This document shows positions 17,635 to 26,388 of a stretch of 64,000 bases of DNA, one piece after another. The DNA comes from Magnetococcus sp. DMHC-6 (GTDB lineage: Bacteria > Pseudomonadota > Magnetococcia > Magnetococcales > JADFZT01). Below the pieces are notes generated by a model. The model ran no database searches, was not told the DNA's origin, and saw nothing but the letters and a program-made list of their open reading frames with translations. Location of the stretch: assembly GCA_039908535.1 (NCBI GenBank), contig JAMOAW010000006.1, positions 1,842 to 65,841 on the forward strand. The letters run 5' to 3'. The translations under genes and the position numbers were made by a program. How positions within the stretch are numbered: position 1 is the first letter of the stretch; each line of letters starts with the position of its first letter.

Positions 17635-19428
17635 ATGCTTAACTCTGAGCCAATTATTGGTATTGATTTAGGAACCACCAACTCGGAAGTGGCCATCTAT
17701 TTGGAGGGCCGTACACAAGTATTACAAGACAGCGAAGGAAACCGATTGCTTCCTTCCTTTGTTGGTATTGATGAAAATGGCGGTGTTTTAGTGGGACATT
17801 CGGCGCGTAATCAATATATTGTCCATCCTGATCGGACGATTAAGTCGATCAAACGACGGATGGGCTCAACCGATAAAGTCTCTATGGCTGGCAAAGAGTA
17901 TTCTCCCCAAGAGATCTCTGGCATTATTTTAAAAAGGCTCAAAGGAATTGCCGAAACCACGCTTGGTCGACCGATTCACAAAGCGGTGATCACAGTACCC
18001 GCCTTCTTCTCCGATGCCCAGCGACAAGCCACCCGTGAGGCTGGAGAGATTGCTGGACTGGAAGTGGTACGCATGATCAACGAACCCACGGCAGCGGCTC
18101 TTGCATATGAAACAGGCAACCCGCAAAACAAAAAAATATTGGTCTATGATTTGGGAGGCGGCACCTTTGATGTCTCGGTGGTGCGGATTGAAAACGGGGT
18201 GGTGGAGGTTATTTCCAGCCATGGCGATAACCATCTGGGAGGAGATGACTTTGACGCCCTGATTTACAACCATCTGATTGCCCACTTAAAAGAGAAACAT
18301 GGTGTAGATCTAACCAACCAACCTAAAGCCATTGCCCGCCTTTTACGCTGTGCCGAAAATGCCAAAAAATCCCTTTCAGATCATCCGTTTATTCTCATTG
18401 AAGAAGAGTTTATCGCTCAAGGGGCTACCGGACCGATCCATCTCTCTTTGGAATTGGATCGCCACCTCTATGAAGAGATGATCACCCCATATATCGATAA
18501 AACCCTGGAGGCGGTTCATACGGCTTTGAACGGGGCCAACCTTGTTGCAAACCATATTGAACGCATTTTATTGGTTGGTGGGGCAACGCGAACACCTCTG
18601 GTGGCGCGAAGACTCGAAGAGGTGTTCGGTTTTTCCCCCAGCAGCGAGGTAGACCCAGACCTGTGCGTGGCCATGGGGGCGGCCATTCAAGCCGCTATGA
18701 TCGAAGGTCAACAGGTCTCTGCGGTCTTGGTAGATGTCACCCCTTACACCTTTGGAACCAGTGTCTTGGGAGAATTGGATGGCGAATACACCCCCAACCT
18801 ATTTGTCCCCGTTATTCGCAAAAACTCCTCTATTCCCATTTCTCGAAGTGAAGTTTTTTTTACCGTGTTGGATTATCAAGAGAGTGTGGAGGTCAATATA
18901 TTCCAAGGCGAACACCCAGATTGTCGGCAAAACATCCCACTGGGCCAATTTACGATCACTGGATTGAGCCACGTTCCGGCCCATAATCCCATTGTCTTGC
19001 AATTGGATCTTGATTTAAATGGCATTTTACATGTTACTGCCACAGAGAAAAAAACCGGTTTACACAAAAAAATCACCATTGAAAATGCTTTTGCCAAATT
19101 AGACGACTCACAATTAAACCAAGCCCGCCAGCGTATTGATGACCTCTTCGACGAAGAGGAGATGAATGAGGAGGAGATGAATGAAGAGGAGTCCAAGCCT
19201 AACAAAAAGCATGCCGACGATTCCCTTCGATCTGCACGATTGATTTCTAAAGCCAAGGCACTGATTGAAAAATCACAACGCTTTCTTGATCAAGCCGGAG
19301 AAGAGGATCGGGATGCGATGATCAATTTAATAGAAAATATACAAGATGCCATCACTTCTCACGACATAGAACGCTTGCAAACCAATTCCGATGAATTGGC
19401 CGATATTTTATTTTATCTGGAGACCTGA
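17635..19428 (+). CDS. Hsp70-family ATPase (DnaK-like paralogue, short lid)
   Basis: Nucleotide-binding motifs are [40 protein letters not shown] and [11 protein letters not shown]. The substrate-binding beta domain is [11 protein letters not shown]. At 597 aa it is shorter than the DnaK size I recall. It has an acidic C-terminal region, [14 protein letters not shown]. Confidence 0.9.
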   Translation: MLNSEPIIGIDLGTTNSEVAIYLEGRTQVLQDSEGNRLLPSFVGIDENGGVLVGHSARNQYIVHPDRTIKSIKRRMGSTDKVSMAGKEYSPQEISGIILKRLKGIAETTLGRPIHKAVITVPAFFSDAQRQATREAGEIAGLEVVRMINEPTAAALAYETGNPQNKKILVYDLGGGTFDVSVVRIENGVVEVISSHGDNHLGGDDFDALIYNHLIAHLKEKHGVDLTNQPKAIARLLRCAENAKKSLSDHPFILIEEEFIAQGATGPIHLSLELDRHLYEEMITPYIDKTLEAVHTALNGANLVANHIERILLVGGATRTPLVARRLEEVFGFSPSSEVDPDLCVAMGAAIQAAMIEGQQVSAVLVDVTPYTFGTSVLGELDGEYTPNLFVPVIRKNSSIPISRSEVFFTVLDYQESVEVNIFQGEHPDCRQNIPLGQFTITGLSHVPAHNPIVLQLDLDLNGILHVTATEKKTGLHKKITIENAFAKLDDSQLNQARQRIDDLFDEEEMNEEEMNEEESKPNKKHADDSLRSARLISKAKALIEKSQRFLDQAGEEDRDAMINLIENIQDAITSHDIERLQTNSDELADILFYLET

Positions 19429-20045
19429 TGGCGATGGTACAGTGTCCTGTTTGTCGTGCCCGACTGGAAGAAAGATCCATTTGTCGTCGTTGTGGAACCG
19501 ATTTTACGCCAGCACTGACCATGGCGCGCGAAAGCATGACAATGGCAGGACATGCTGTATATCATTTGATCCAAGGAGAGGTTGCGAATGCCGCGCTTTA
19601 TCTGCGCCGCGCCACCTTGATGCATGCGACTCCTTTTGTGTTGGCCCTGGAGACCTTTGTACAGAGCCTCTCTTCTTTACCTGTGGTTTCTTCCTCAGAA
19701 ATCCCTATAGAGGAGAGTTCTGGGGAAGAGCTTGCGGAAGAAGAGCTTGCGGAAGAAGAGCTTGCGGAGGAAGAGCTTGCGGAGGAAGAGCTTGCGGAGG
19801 AAGAGCTTGCGGAGGAAGAGCTTGCGGAAGAAGAGCTTGCGGAAGAAGAGCTTGCGGAGGAAGAGATTGCGGAGGAAGAGATTGCGGAGGAAGAGATTGC
19901 GGAGGAAGAGATTGCGGAGGAAGAGATTGCGGAGGAAGAGATTGCGGAGGAAGAAAAACTTTCAACCCATGGCACATTCATAAACAAAAAACACAAAAAA
20001 CACAAAAAACACAAAAATAAACAAAAAAACAAACACCACTTTTGA
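19428..20045 (+). CDS. Zinc-ribbon protein with (EELAE)9(EEIAE)6 acidic repeat and basic KHK tail
   Basis: The N-terminus is CPVCRARLEERSICRRCG (CxxC-x9-CxxC). The start overlaps the Hsp70 stop (TGATG). The repeat-encoded acidic region is followed by KKHKKHKKHKNKQKNKHH. Confidence 0.65.
   Translation: MAMVQCPVCRARLEERSICRRCGTDFTPALTMARESMTMAGHAVYHLIQGEVANAALYLRRATLMHATPFVLALETFVQSLSSLPVVSSSEIPIEESSGEELAEEELAEEELAEEELAEEELAEEELAEEELAEEELAEEELAEEEIAEEEIAEEEIAEEEIAEEEIAEEEIAEEEKLSTHGTFINKKHKKHKKHKNKQKNKHHF
19725..19949 (+). repeat. 15-bp tandem repeat x15 (gaagagCttgcggaR x9 then gaagagAttgcggag x6)
   Basis: Counted directly in the sequence. The array is in frame with the CDS at 19428-20045 and generates spurious long ORFs in three other frames. 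Confidence 0.95.
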
Positions 20046-20110
20046 GGACGGCCTTGTCGAATACGGAATTTTGTACTTTTTTTTATTGGTGGACCGAGAC
20101 GACCCGTTAG

Positions 20111-20155
20111 CTCAAAATTCTCCATTTTTAAGTCTGGCAAACGGAGAATTTTGAG
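20111..20155. terminator. 13-bp perfect hairpin between convergent genes (ctcaaaattctcc / ggagaattttgag)
   Basis: Arms at 20111-20123 and 20143-20155 with a 19-nt loop. There is no clean U-tract, so terminator function is uncertain. Confidence 0.3.
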
Positions 20156-20207
20156 GTATCTCTTGGTTGGCGAATGGGAGTCGATAAATTTTGCAACATA
20201 TTGAAAA

Positions 20208-21242
20208 CTAATTTATATTAATGTTAAAATCAAACAGCTCTTCTAGAGAACGGGCATCCAGAACAAGGTCGCTCCAAAGTTCTAGGGTTTCCATATCGGC
20301 TGTACTGACCTTCTCTTGAATATTGGAAGGTAAAGAGCCGAAACGGCGAGTCAATAGGCGGAGAAGCATGTCGGCTTTACCTCTCTGCTCGCCAATCTGC
20401 AGGCCTCTCTGCTCGCCAATCTGCAGGCCTCTCTGCTCGCCAATCTGCAGGCCTCTCTGCTCGCCAATCTGCAGGCCTTCCCATTTACCAGCACCATAGG
20501 TGGAGAGCACAAAACTTGCTTGGTCATGCAGCTCTTCCTGATAGCGTTCGTAAGCCTTTCGTTCTGTCTCTGGCAATTGCAGGAGATCGAATTTTTCTTT
20601 GGCTTTTTTTAGTCCACGAGCAGTAAAATCATCACGAATATCAGAATTTTTCAGAAAATAGATCCACTCATCCAGGGTGTTGCGGGCGACATCATCGAAA
20701 TTTCTTACCTTGATAAGGTAATGCTCAGGGAAAATAGCGGCTACCGAAGGGCGTTGAAACAAGGCTTTCTGCCCCTCGTCCAAAGCCAATTCTTCTTGGG
20801 TGTGCACCCCCTTAAAAGAGGTATTGCCGACATAGACATAATCACGACCACGCCCCAGATCAAAATAGAGAATGCTGATGGTGATAACCTTGACAACGCT
20901 GGCGTAAGGCTTGCCCTCTGTCATGTGTTCGGTGATGGCCTTGGCGGTACTAAAGAGTAACCGCTGCAGGTAGTCCCACTCACGTTCATATTGCAACTCG
21001 ACAATGACGATTTCATCCCGTGTGTTTTTGATCTTAAGATCAACACGATTAAATTTGTCGTTACGGGATTCCTTATTGCTTTCACTTTCCAGGATTTCAA
21101 CGATACGCATATCCTCGCGCAGGAGTTCACTGAGGAACCCTTCCAAAATTTCGAAGTTGGCCTTGCTGCGCAGCAGGCGTTTCAAGGCCCAGTCGAAGCT
21201 AATCAACCGTCGTTGCGGCATGTTGAAAAAATCTCCATTCAT
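20208..21242 (-). CDS. Rpn-family / PD-(D/E)XK nuclease-like putative transposase with DUF4351-like C-terminus
   Basis: The N-terminus is ISFDWALKRLLRSKANFEILEGFLSELL...RVDLKIKNTRDEIVIVELQYE (a D...ExQ nuclease core). The C-terminus is ADMLLRLLTRRFGSLPSNIQEKVSTADMETLELWSD. It contains 4 tandem LQIGEQRG units. Confidence 0.75.
   Translation of the reverse strand: MNGDFFNMPQRRLISFDWALKRLLRSKANFEILEGFLSELLREDMRIVEILESESNKESRNDKFNRVDLKIKNTRDEIVIVELQYEREWDYLQRLLFSTAKAITEHMTEGKPYASVVKVITISILYFDLGRGRDYVYVGNTSFKGVHTQEELALDEGQKALFQRPSVAAIFPEHYLIKVRNFDDVARNTLDEWIYFLKNSDIRDDFTARGLKKAKEKFDLLQLPETERKAYERYQEELHDQASFVLSTYGAGKWEGLQIGEQRGLQIGEQRGLQIGEQRGLQIGEQRGKADMLLRLLTRRFGSLPSNIQEKVSTADMETLELWSDLVLDARSLEELFDFNININ
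20380..20475. repeat. 24-bp perfect tandem repeat x4 (cctctctgctcgccaatctgcagg)
   Basis: Counted directly. It encodes (LQIGEQRG)4 on the minus strand inside the Rpn-like CDS. Confidence 0.95.
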
Positions 21243-21482
21243 TTATGAAGGGTGAGGTTCCACTGCTCCTTGCCCGCTTTAAGAAAATTTGGGCTATTTT
21301 GAGTAATGAATCCTCAACATTGTTTCTGATTCTCTCGAAAATCTACCTCGGTGTCCAGAAAAAACGGCTCTTCCGGTTTTGCGTACCTATCACTACCAAA
21401 GGCCTCATCCGAGCCAATTTTATACCAATTTGCAATCAAATGGGTAAATATGGGACATTGTCTTGTACAATATGAGCATGTC

Positions 21483-21697
21483 GTAAACATCATGCCTATG
21501 GGAAAAATTAAAAACAAGACCTTGGGGGGTTGCACCCCCCAACCCCCCTGCTTTGGGGCTACAAAGTCAAAAACAAAGTCAAAGTCAAAAACAAAGTCAA
21601 AGTCAAAAACAACACCTTGGAGGCTCTGCCTCCAAACCTCCGCCGGGGAGCGTGACGCTCCCCGGACCCCTCCAATAATACTTTATTGAACGCAAAT
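21483..21697 (-). repeat. Family-2 element, diverged reverse-orientation copy with extra hairpins
   Basis: It contains ccTTGGGGGGTtgcaACCCCCCAAcccccctgc, the reverse complement of the family-2 right arm. It also has aaagtcaaaaac/aaagtc tandem units and two further hairpins (ttggaggctctgcctccaa; ccggggagcgtgacgctccccgg). The ends gtaaacatca and ttgaacgcaaat are degenerate versions of the TIR. Confidence 0.6.
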
Positions 21698-21972
21698 TGG
21701 TATGAGTCACATTGCGAGGCTGTTTGACGATTGAACCTCTGGATTTTGCTGGACACAGAGATAAATTTTTACGACAATCAAAGACAAGATTGATGGATTA
21801 ATATTTCAAACATAAGAAAATTGCAAAATTTCATTTTTTCGTCATTCCCACGCAAGCGGAAATCTACAGCCGATTGAAATTCTAGGATTCCCACTTGCGC
21901 AGAAAAAAGATATTTTACTCTTGTGTTGGGTCTTGCAATTTTTCCACATAAAATAGAATACCCCTATTAATC

Positions 21973-22911
21973 ATGTTTTTCACAATGAAAGTAAACACAC
22001 CTATGACTTGGCTTTGGTTTTTTCCACTTTTGATCCTTTTCACCTTTAGTTTGGTCTTTTCCCCTCTGTTTACCAACAAGGGTAGACTACCGCTACCTAT
22101 TGGACGTGAACCAGTCGGAAAAGAAAAAACATCACAATGGGATCTAAAAAATCGCAAAGATACCTTATTAAGACAAATAAAAGAACTAGAATATGAATTG
22201 GCAGCTGGCAACCTAGAAGCGTTGGAGGGTCAAAATCAACGTCAAGAACTGGAACAAGAGCTGATAGGCCTTTTAAAAGAATTGGATCATGCACCCAATA
22301 ATAATTCAACCTCTAAAGGAGATAAAAAACTCAGTTTAGAGAGCCAACGGCCTTTAGATATCGCTTCTGGTGTAGCGGTTATGGTTTTAGTAGCCATGGT
22401 AAGCTCAGGTCTTTATCTGGCCCTCGGCACCCCGGAACTGGTCCCAAGTCCCAAAGCCGAAATGGGCGCCAATCTCCACGATATGGAAGGAAAAATCGCT
22501 GGATTGGCAGATCGTTTAAAAAACGAGCCTGACAACCTCTCTGGTTGGATGCAGTTGGGAAAAACATATGCCGTCATGGGGCGGACCCCCGAAGCAATTT
22601 TGGCATTCGAACACATTTTATCTCGCCAACCAAACGACTTGGAAGCAGCAGTTTTGCTAGGCGAAAATCGTATTCGCGATGACCGACCTGGACAATTACA
22701 AAAAGGACTGGAGCTTTTTCAACAAATTCTTGCCAAAAATCCCGAACGACCAGAACCCTATTGGTTTTTGGGTGCCCTTGCTCTCCGGGCTGGAGAACGT
22801 GATAAAGCCATTGAATTATGGGAAAAACTTGCAAAAATTTTACCTGTGAGCGATCCTGCCCAGGCCACTGTCCAAGAAGCACTCAAAAACGCCCGTTCAG
22901 GCACCCCATAG
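21973..22911 (+). CDS. ccmI: c-type cytochrome biogenesis protein CcmI (CycH)-like
   Basis: The topology is TM1, then a charged coiled-coil loop (LRQIKELEYELAAGNLEALEG...), then TM2, then periplasmic TPRs (LSGWMQLGKTYAVMGRTPEAILAFEHILSRQPND). The start may be 21988. Confidence 0.6.
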   Translation: MFFTMKVNTPMTWLWFFPLLILFTFSLVFSPLFTNKGRLPLPIGREPVGKEKTSQWDLKNRKDTLLRQIKELEYELAAGNLEALEGQNQRQELEQELIGLLKELDHAPNNNSTSKGDKKLSLESQRPLDIASGVAVMVLVAMVSSGLYLALGTPELVPSPKAEMGANLHDMEGKIAGLADRLKNEPDNLSGWMQLGKTYAVMGRTPEAILAFEHILSRQPNDLEAAVLLGENRIRDDRPGQLQKGLELFQQILAKNPERPEPYWFLGALALRAGERDKAIELWEKLAKILPVSDPAQATVQEALKNARSGTP

Positions 22912-22958
22912 ACATCAAAGGATAAAATTATTCTCAACATATCTCTCTTAGGAACCGT

Positions 22959-25022
22959 ATGAAAAAATTATTCCGCCGATACGATCTTATTTTTACCGTT
23001 TTACTGTTTATTTTGGCCGTACCGGCGGAATATTATGAAATTTTTTCCCTACTAGAGGATCAAACCATCTCCTTTAGACATATTTTTCGTATGCACTATG
23101 GCAACAAAGACGATACCACCTTTTCCAAGGAGATCGTCTTGGTCAATACCGATGAAGCATTTTTCCAAGAGTATGGCAGCTATCCCCTACGCCGAACAGA
23201 CATTGGAAAAATTGCCGAAAATTTGCATACATTAGGGGCAAAAGTTGTTGCTCTGGATATTTTAATGGATTTTCCAAGCTCCTATGGTGAAGACCCGATC
23301 ATTGCTAAATCTTTAGCCACCATTGGCCGCCCTCTTTTGGTCTCCCAAGCAGAATTTAAGGGGAATCAATTTATTAAACTCAATCCACCAACGCCCGTTT
23401 TAAATGCCGTTGTCGAGACGGGCTATTCTAATATCAGCTCTTCCAGTGCGGTTGTCACCACGCTCTCCAAACTGCGCATCTATCCAGAAGTGGCAGAAAA
23501 AGGAGGATGGCCCTTTGCGATCAAGGCCCTTGCACTCTATTGGAACTTGGAACCAACTTTTGAAGGTCAACATCTCACTCTGGGAAAGATGATGACCATT
23601 CCACTAGATCAGTTTAACAATCTCTATATTGATTTTCCCTCACTCCCCAGTGGAATACATTATTTAAGCGAAGTTGCTGGACTCTCTGCCATGGAGTTTC
23701 TGGATATTTCTGACCTAGACGACAATGAATTAAACGAACTCAGTTATTGGGTCAAAGATAAAATCGTTTTGTTGGGCGACACCTCAGAGGTATCACATGA
23801 CTGGTTTGATACTCCAGTTGGAATGGTTTATGGAGTTGAAATTATTGCCGATACCATCCACACCATACTGAAAGGATGCCCTCTACGCCCGGCCCCTCTG
23901 TCGATGGAAGTTTTACTGAGTGGGACCTTTATGCTGACCATCATTTTTACCGGACGAATCTCTCACCCCTCGCTGCGCGCCCTCATAGCCACTCTCTTTA
24001 TACTAACCTATATCACGGCACTCACCTGGGCCTATGTTCAAATTGGCCTGGTTATCTCTATGGTTTACACTCTTTTGGCGGGGGTGATCAGTTTTCTGGC
24101 TATCAGTCTACGCTATTATTTAATGGTGATGGGTCAGAAACATCTCATTCAAAATGCCTTTGGTCAATATCTTTCTCCAAAAGTAGTTGATATTTTGGTT
24201 AAAGATCCAAGCAAGCTCACCTTGGGTGGTGAACAACGGGAGATGACCGCGCTTTTTTCTGATGTTGCTGGTTTTTCAAGCATCTCCGAAAATCTTACAC
24301 CAAAGGAGTTGGTCCATCTCCTCAACGAATACCTCACGGCCATGTGTAATATTATCGCCCGCCACCATGGCACCATAGATAAATTTGAAGGGGATGCCAT
24401 TATTGCCTTTTGGGGAGCCCCGATTGATCAAGCCGATCATGCCAAACTCGCCTGCTTGGCCTGTATCGACATGCAAAAAGAGATGCATCACATGCGCAAT
24501 CGGCTTAAGGAGGCCAATCGACCTGCCATGCACATCCGCATTGGCTTGAATTCTGGTCCTATGGTCGTCGGAAACATGGGCTCAGCCCAACGCATGGATT
24601 ATACCATTATGGGGGACGCAGTTAATTTAGCCGCCCGTTTAGAGGGTGCCAATAAATTTTATGGTTCCGATACACTTATTTCAGAAACAACATATAAGCT
24701 GGCTCAAGAGGTTATTGATGTACGCCAATTGGACACCGTGCGTGTCGTTGGCAAACGCGAAGCGGTGACCATTTATCAATTGCTGGACCGCAAAAATCAG
24801 GTCTCAGGAACCATGGCGGAGATGTTGGTCTACTATGAAAAAGGGTTAACTGCCTATCAAAACATGGATTTTTCTCAAGCTTTGCTATTTTTTCAAACAG
24901 CACTGAAAATTTTACCAACAGATGGTCCATGTCAAACCTATGTAGATCGTTGTCAGCAGTTTTTATTAACACCTCCTGATCATCACTGGGATGGCGTGTT
25001 CCAATTGACCTCTAAAGGTTGA
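22959..25022 (+). CDS. CHASE2-sensor class III adenylate/guanylate cyclase with C-terminal TPR-like region
   Basis: An N-terminal TM helix and an extracytoplasmic CHASE2-like domain are followed by 3 TM helices. The cyclase core is FSDVAGFSSISE...IDKFEGDAIIAFWGAP...GLNSGPMVVGNMGS...YTIMGDAVNLAARLE. Confidence 0.85.
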   Translation: MKKLFRRYDLIFTVLLFILAVPAEYYEIFSLLEDQTISFRHIFRMHYGNKDDTTFSKEIVLVNTDEAFFQEYGSYPLRRTDIGKIAENLHTLGAKVVALDILMDFPSSYGEDPIIAKSLATIGRPLLVSQAEFKGNQFIKLNPPTPVLNAVVETGYSNISSSSAVVTTLSKLRIYPEVAEKGGWPFAIKALALYWNLEPTFEGQHLTLGKMMTIPLDQFNNLYIDFPSLPSGIHYLSEVAGLSAMEFLDISDLDDNELNELSYWVKDKIVLLGDTSEVSHDWFDTPVGMVYGVEIIADTIHTILKGCPLRPAPLSMEVLLSGTFMLTIIFTGRISHPSLRALIATLFILTYITALTWAYVQIGLVISMVYTLLAGVISFLAISLRYYLMVMGQKHLIQNAFGQYLSPKVVDILVKDPSKLTLGGEQREMTALFSDVAGFSSISENLTPKELVHLLNEYLTAMCNIIARHHGTIDKFEGDAIIAFWGAPIDQADHAKLACLACIDMQKEMHHMRNRLKEANRPAMHIRIGLNSGPMVVGNMGSAQRMDYTIMGDAVNLAARLEGANKFYGSDTLISETTYKLAQEVIDVRQLDTVRVVGKREAVTIYQLLDRKNQVSGTMAEMLVYYEKGLTAYQNMDFSQALLFFQTALKILPTDGPCQTYVDRCQQFLLTPPDHHWDGVFQLTSKG

Positions 25023-25080
25023 TTTTTTCAGTCAAGCGCATGGATCGGTTATTTTCTCTCAATACGTATCTAAAAAAAGG

Positions 25081-25110
25081 TTGACAATCCACGCCATTTA
25101 ACCAATAATT
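25081..25110 (+). promoter_or_regulatory. Sigma-70-type promoter for tRNA-Leu (TTGACA-N17/18-AATAAT/ATAATT)
   Basis: Perfect TTGACA at 25081-25086. An AT-rich -10 lies at ~25104-25110, 13-18 nt upstream of the tRNA 5' end. Confidence 0.45.
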
Positions 25111-25122
25111 CTGCCCTTAAGT

Positions 25123-25208
25123 GCCCAGGTGGCGGAATGGTAGACGCGCTAGATTCAGGTTCTAGTGGCTGCAAGGTCGTGGAAGTTCAAGTCTTCTCCT
25201 GGGCACCA
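25123..25208 (+). tRNA. tRNA-Leu (anticodon CAG), class II with long variable arm, CCA encoded
   Basis: Manual fold. Acceptor stem is GCCCAGG/CCTGGGC and D stem is GCG/CGC. Anticodon stem is CTAGA/TCTAG with loop TTCAGGT. The variable arm is long. T stem is GGAAG/CTTCT with loop TTCAAGT. The 3' end is ACCA. Confidence 0.9.
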
Positions 25209-25430
25209 ATAAAAAAACCCAATGGGTATCCAAGAATGGTGGTAAAAAAAACAAAACGGGGATGTGGTATACCTAAACAATCCATCTCAAAATAATTAGA
25301 AAATTCATCATATCAAAATTTTCAATCGAATTAGCCCCCCTTTTTTTGAAATAGGAGATGACTGTTACTGTCTTGGGTATAGTCACCCTGATTTTAATTT
25401 TTTTTCCCGCATTAAATACAAAACGACCAC

Positions 25431-25579
25431 AAAAAATCAGCCCGCAGGGCATCATGTTCATGGTGTCGGAAAAATAAAAATCAAGACCTTGGGGGGCGGA
25501 GAACCGCCCCCCAACTCCCCCCACCCTTTTCTTTTAATACTTAAAAAAAAGAGGGGGTCTGAGGGATTCATCCCCCAGG
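25431..25579 (+). repeat. Family-1 element: right-end fragment (25431-25459) abutting a forward copy (D, 25464-25579) that lacks its right terminus
   Basis: The fragment aaaaaatcagcccgcagggcatcatgttc equals the right terminus seen in copies A, G and E. It is followed by tgtcggaaaaataaaaatcaagacc...cccccagga. Confidence 0.85.
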
Positions 25580-25583
25580 ATAT

Positions 25584-26258
25584 TTATTTATCCGACCACC
25601 ATTGTTGCGGTGAATCTTTGTGGATCACGCTGTGACAGCGTTGGCATGTATAAGCGGAAAAAGCGACGCGACCATGACAGGCTCCACAATATCGACCCCG
25701 AAAGACATCGTCCATGCGAATGGGGTTGCCGCCGGTTTTTGGAAAAAAAATTTCTGGATGACAGTTGGAGCAGTCCAACCATTGGGTATGGGCCAAATGG
25801 GGAAAACGGACATGAGGCATGGTCTTGGTATCGGTCATGATAATGTCTAAATCCAAAGGTTCCATTTTAGCATCCCCCGTGCGATTGGCACGAGGCTTGA
25901 TTAGACCTTGTGAAAGGGCCATCATCCAGTTGACCTGCCCCCGCTGATCCAAAGGAAATTGTGACATCGCCTCAGCAGGGTTTTGCAAATAAGCAATCCC
26001 GGCATTGCTTGGATCATGGATACCATCTTTGCGAATTTCCGAAGTGGTAAATGCGGCGGGTTTTTGTTTAACTTTAGCATTGGTTGGGGCAGCGGATAAA
26101 TTTTCTGAGGCTGGCGGGGCTTCAACTCCCTGTTTAGAGGAGGAAGATATCGTTTTGGAACGGGTAACACGCGCCTCGGCAGAATGATAAATGGTACCAA
26201 AAAAAATAAAAAAAAGCAAAATAAGACGCAATTGCATATAATCCGCAAGAGAAGACAT
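25584..26258 (-). CDS. Secreted triheme c7/c3-type cytochrome c
   Basis: A signal peptide is present. Three CxxCH motifs are in c7-like spacing (CSNCH, CGACH, CQRCH), with FPHLAHTQWLDC preceding the first. Confidence 0.7.
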   Translation of the reverse strand: MSSLADYMQLRLILLFFIFFGTIYHSAEARVTRSKTISSSSKQGVEAPPASENLSAAPTNAKVKQKPAAFTTSEIRKDGIHDPSNAGIAYLQNPAEAMSQFPLDQRGQVNWMMALSQGLIKPRANRTGDAKMEPLDLDIIMTDTKTMPHVRFPHLAHTQWLDCSNCHPEIFFPKTGGNPIRMDDVFRGRYCGACHGRVAFSAYTCQRCHSVIHKDSPQQWWSDK

Positions 26259-26388
26259 TTCGGCCCCTTAAAAAAGTTGATAGTCTATAAAAAATCCCTG
26301 CCTAGCCGTGGCTATGAAAGGGAACCCGAACATTTCGTTTCTTAGGTAATGGTACTATTAAATCAAATTAAATTAAAAGAGTCCCTTT

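Noticed and set aside
19391-20140. Four long ORFs (19391-20020 +, 19732-19983 +, 19598-20140 -, 19705-19977 -) with RRACGG / SLRRK / SSSA / PPQSL repeats
   Set aside because: All are alternative-frame readings of the 15-bp tandem array. Only the frame starting at 19428 has a structured N-terminal domain (zinc ribbon) and translational coupling to the upstream gene.
21841-21905. Two ATTCCC-N8-GGAAAT/AGAAAA motifs resembling Neisseria-type RS3/dRS3 repeats
   Set aside because: There are only two degenerate copies, and the palindrome is imperfect in both. This is insufficient to claim a repeat family or an integration site.
25209-25583. Prophage or integrative element at tRNA-Leu
   Set aside because: No integrase, excisionase or duplicated tRNA 3' end is visible. 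It is kept only as a low-confidence boundary hypothesis.
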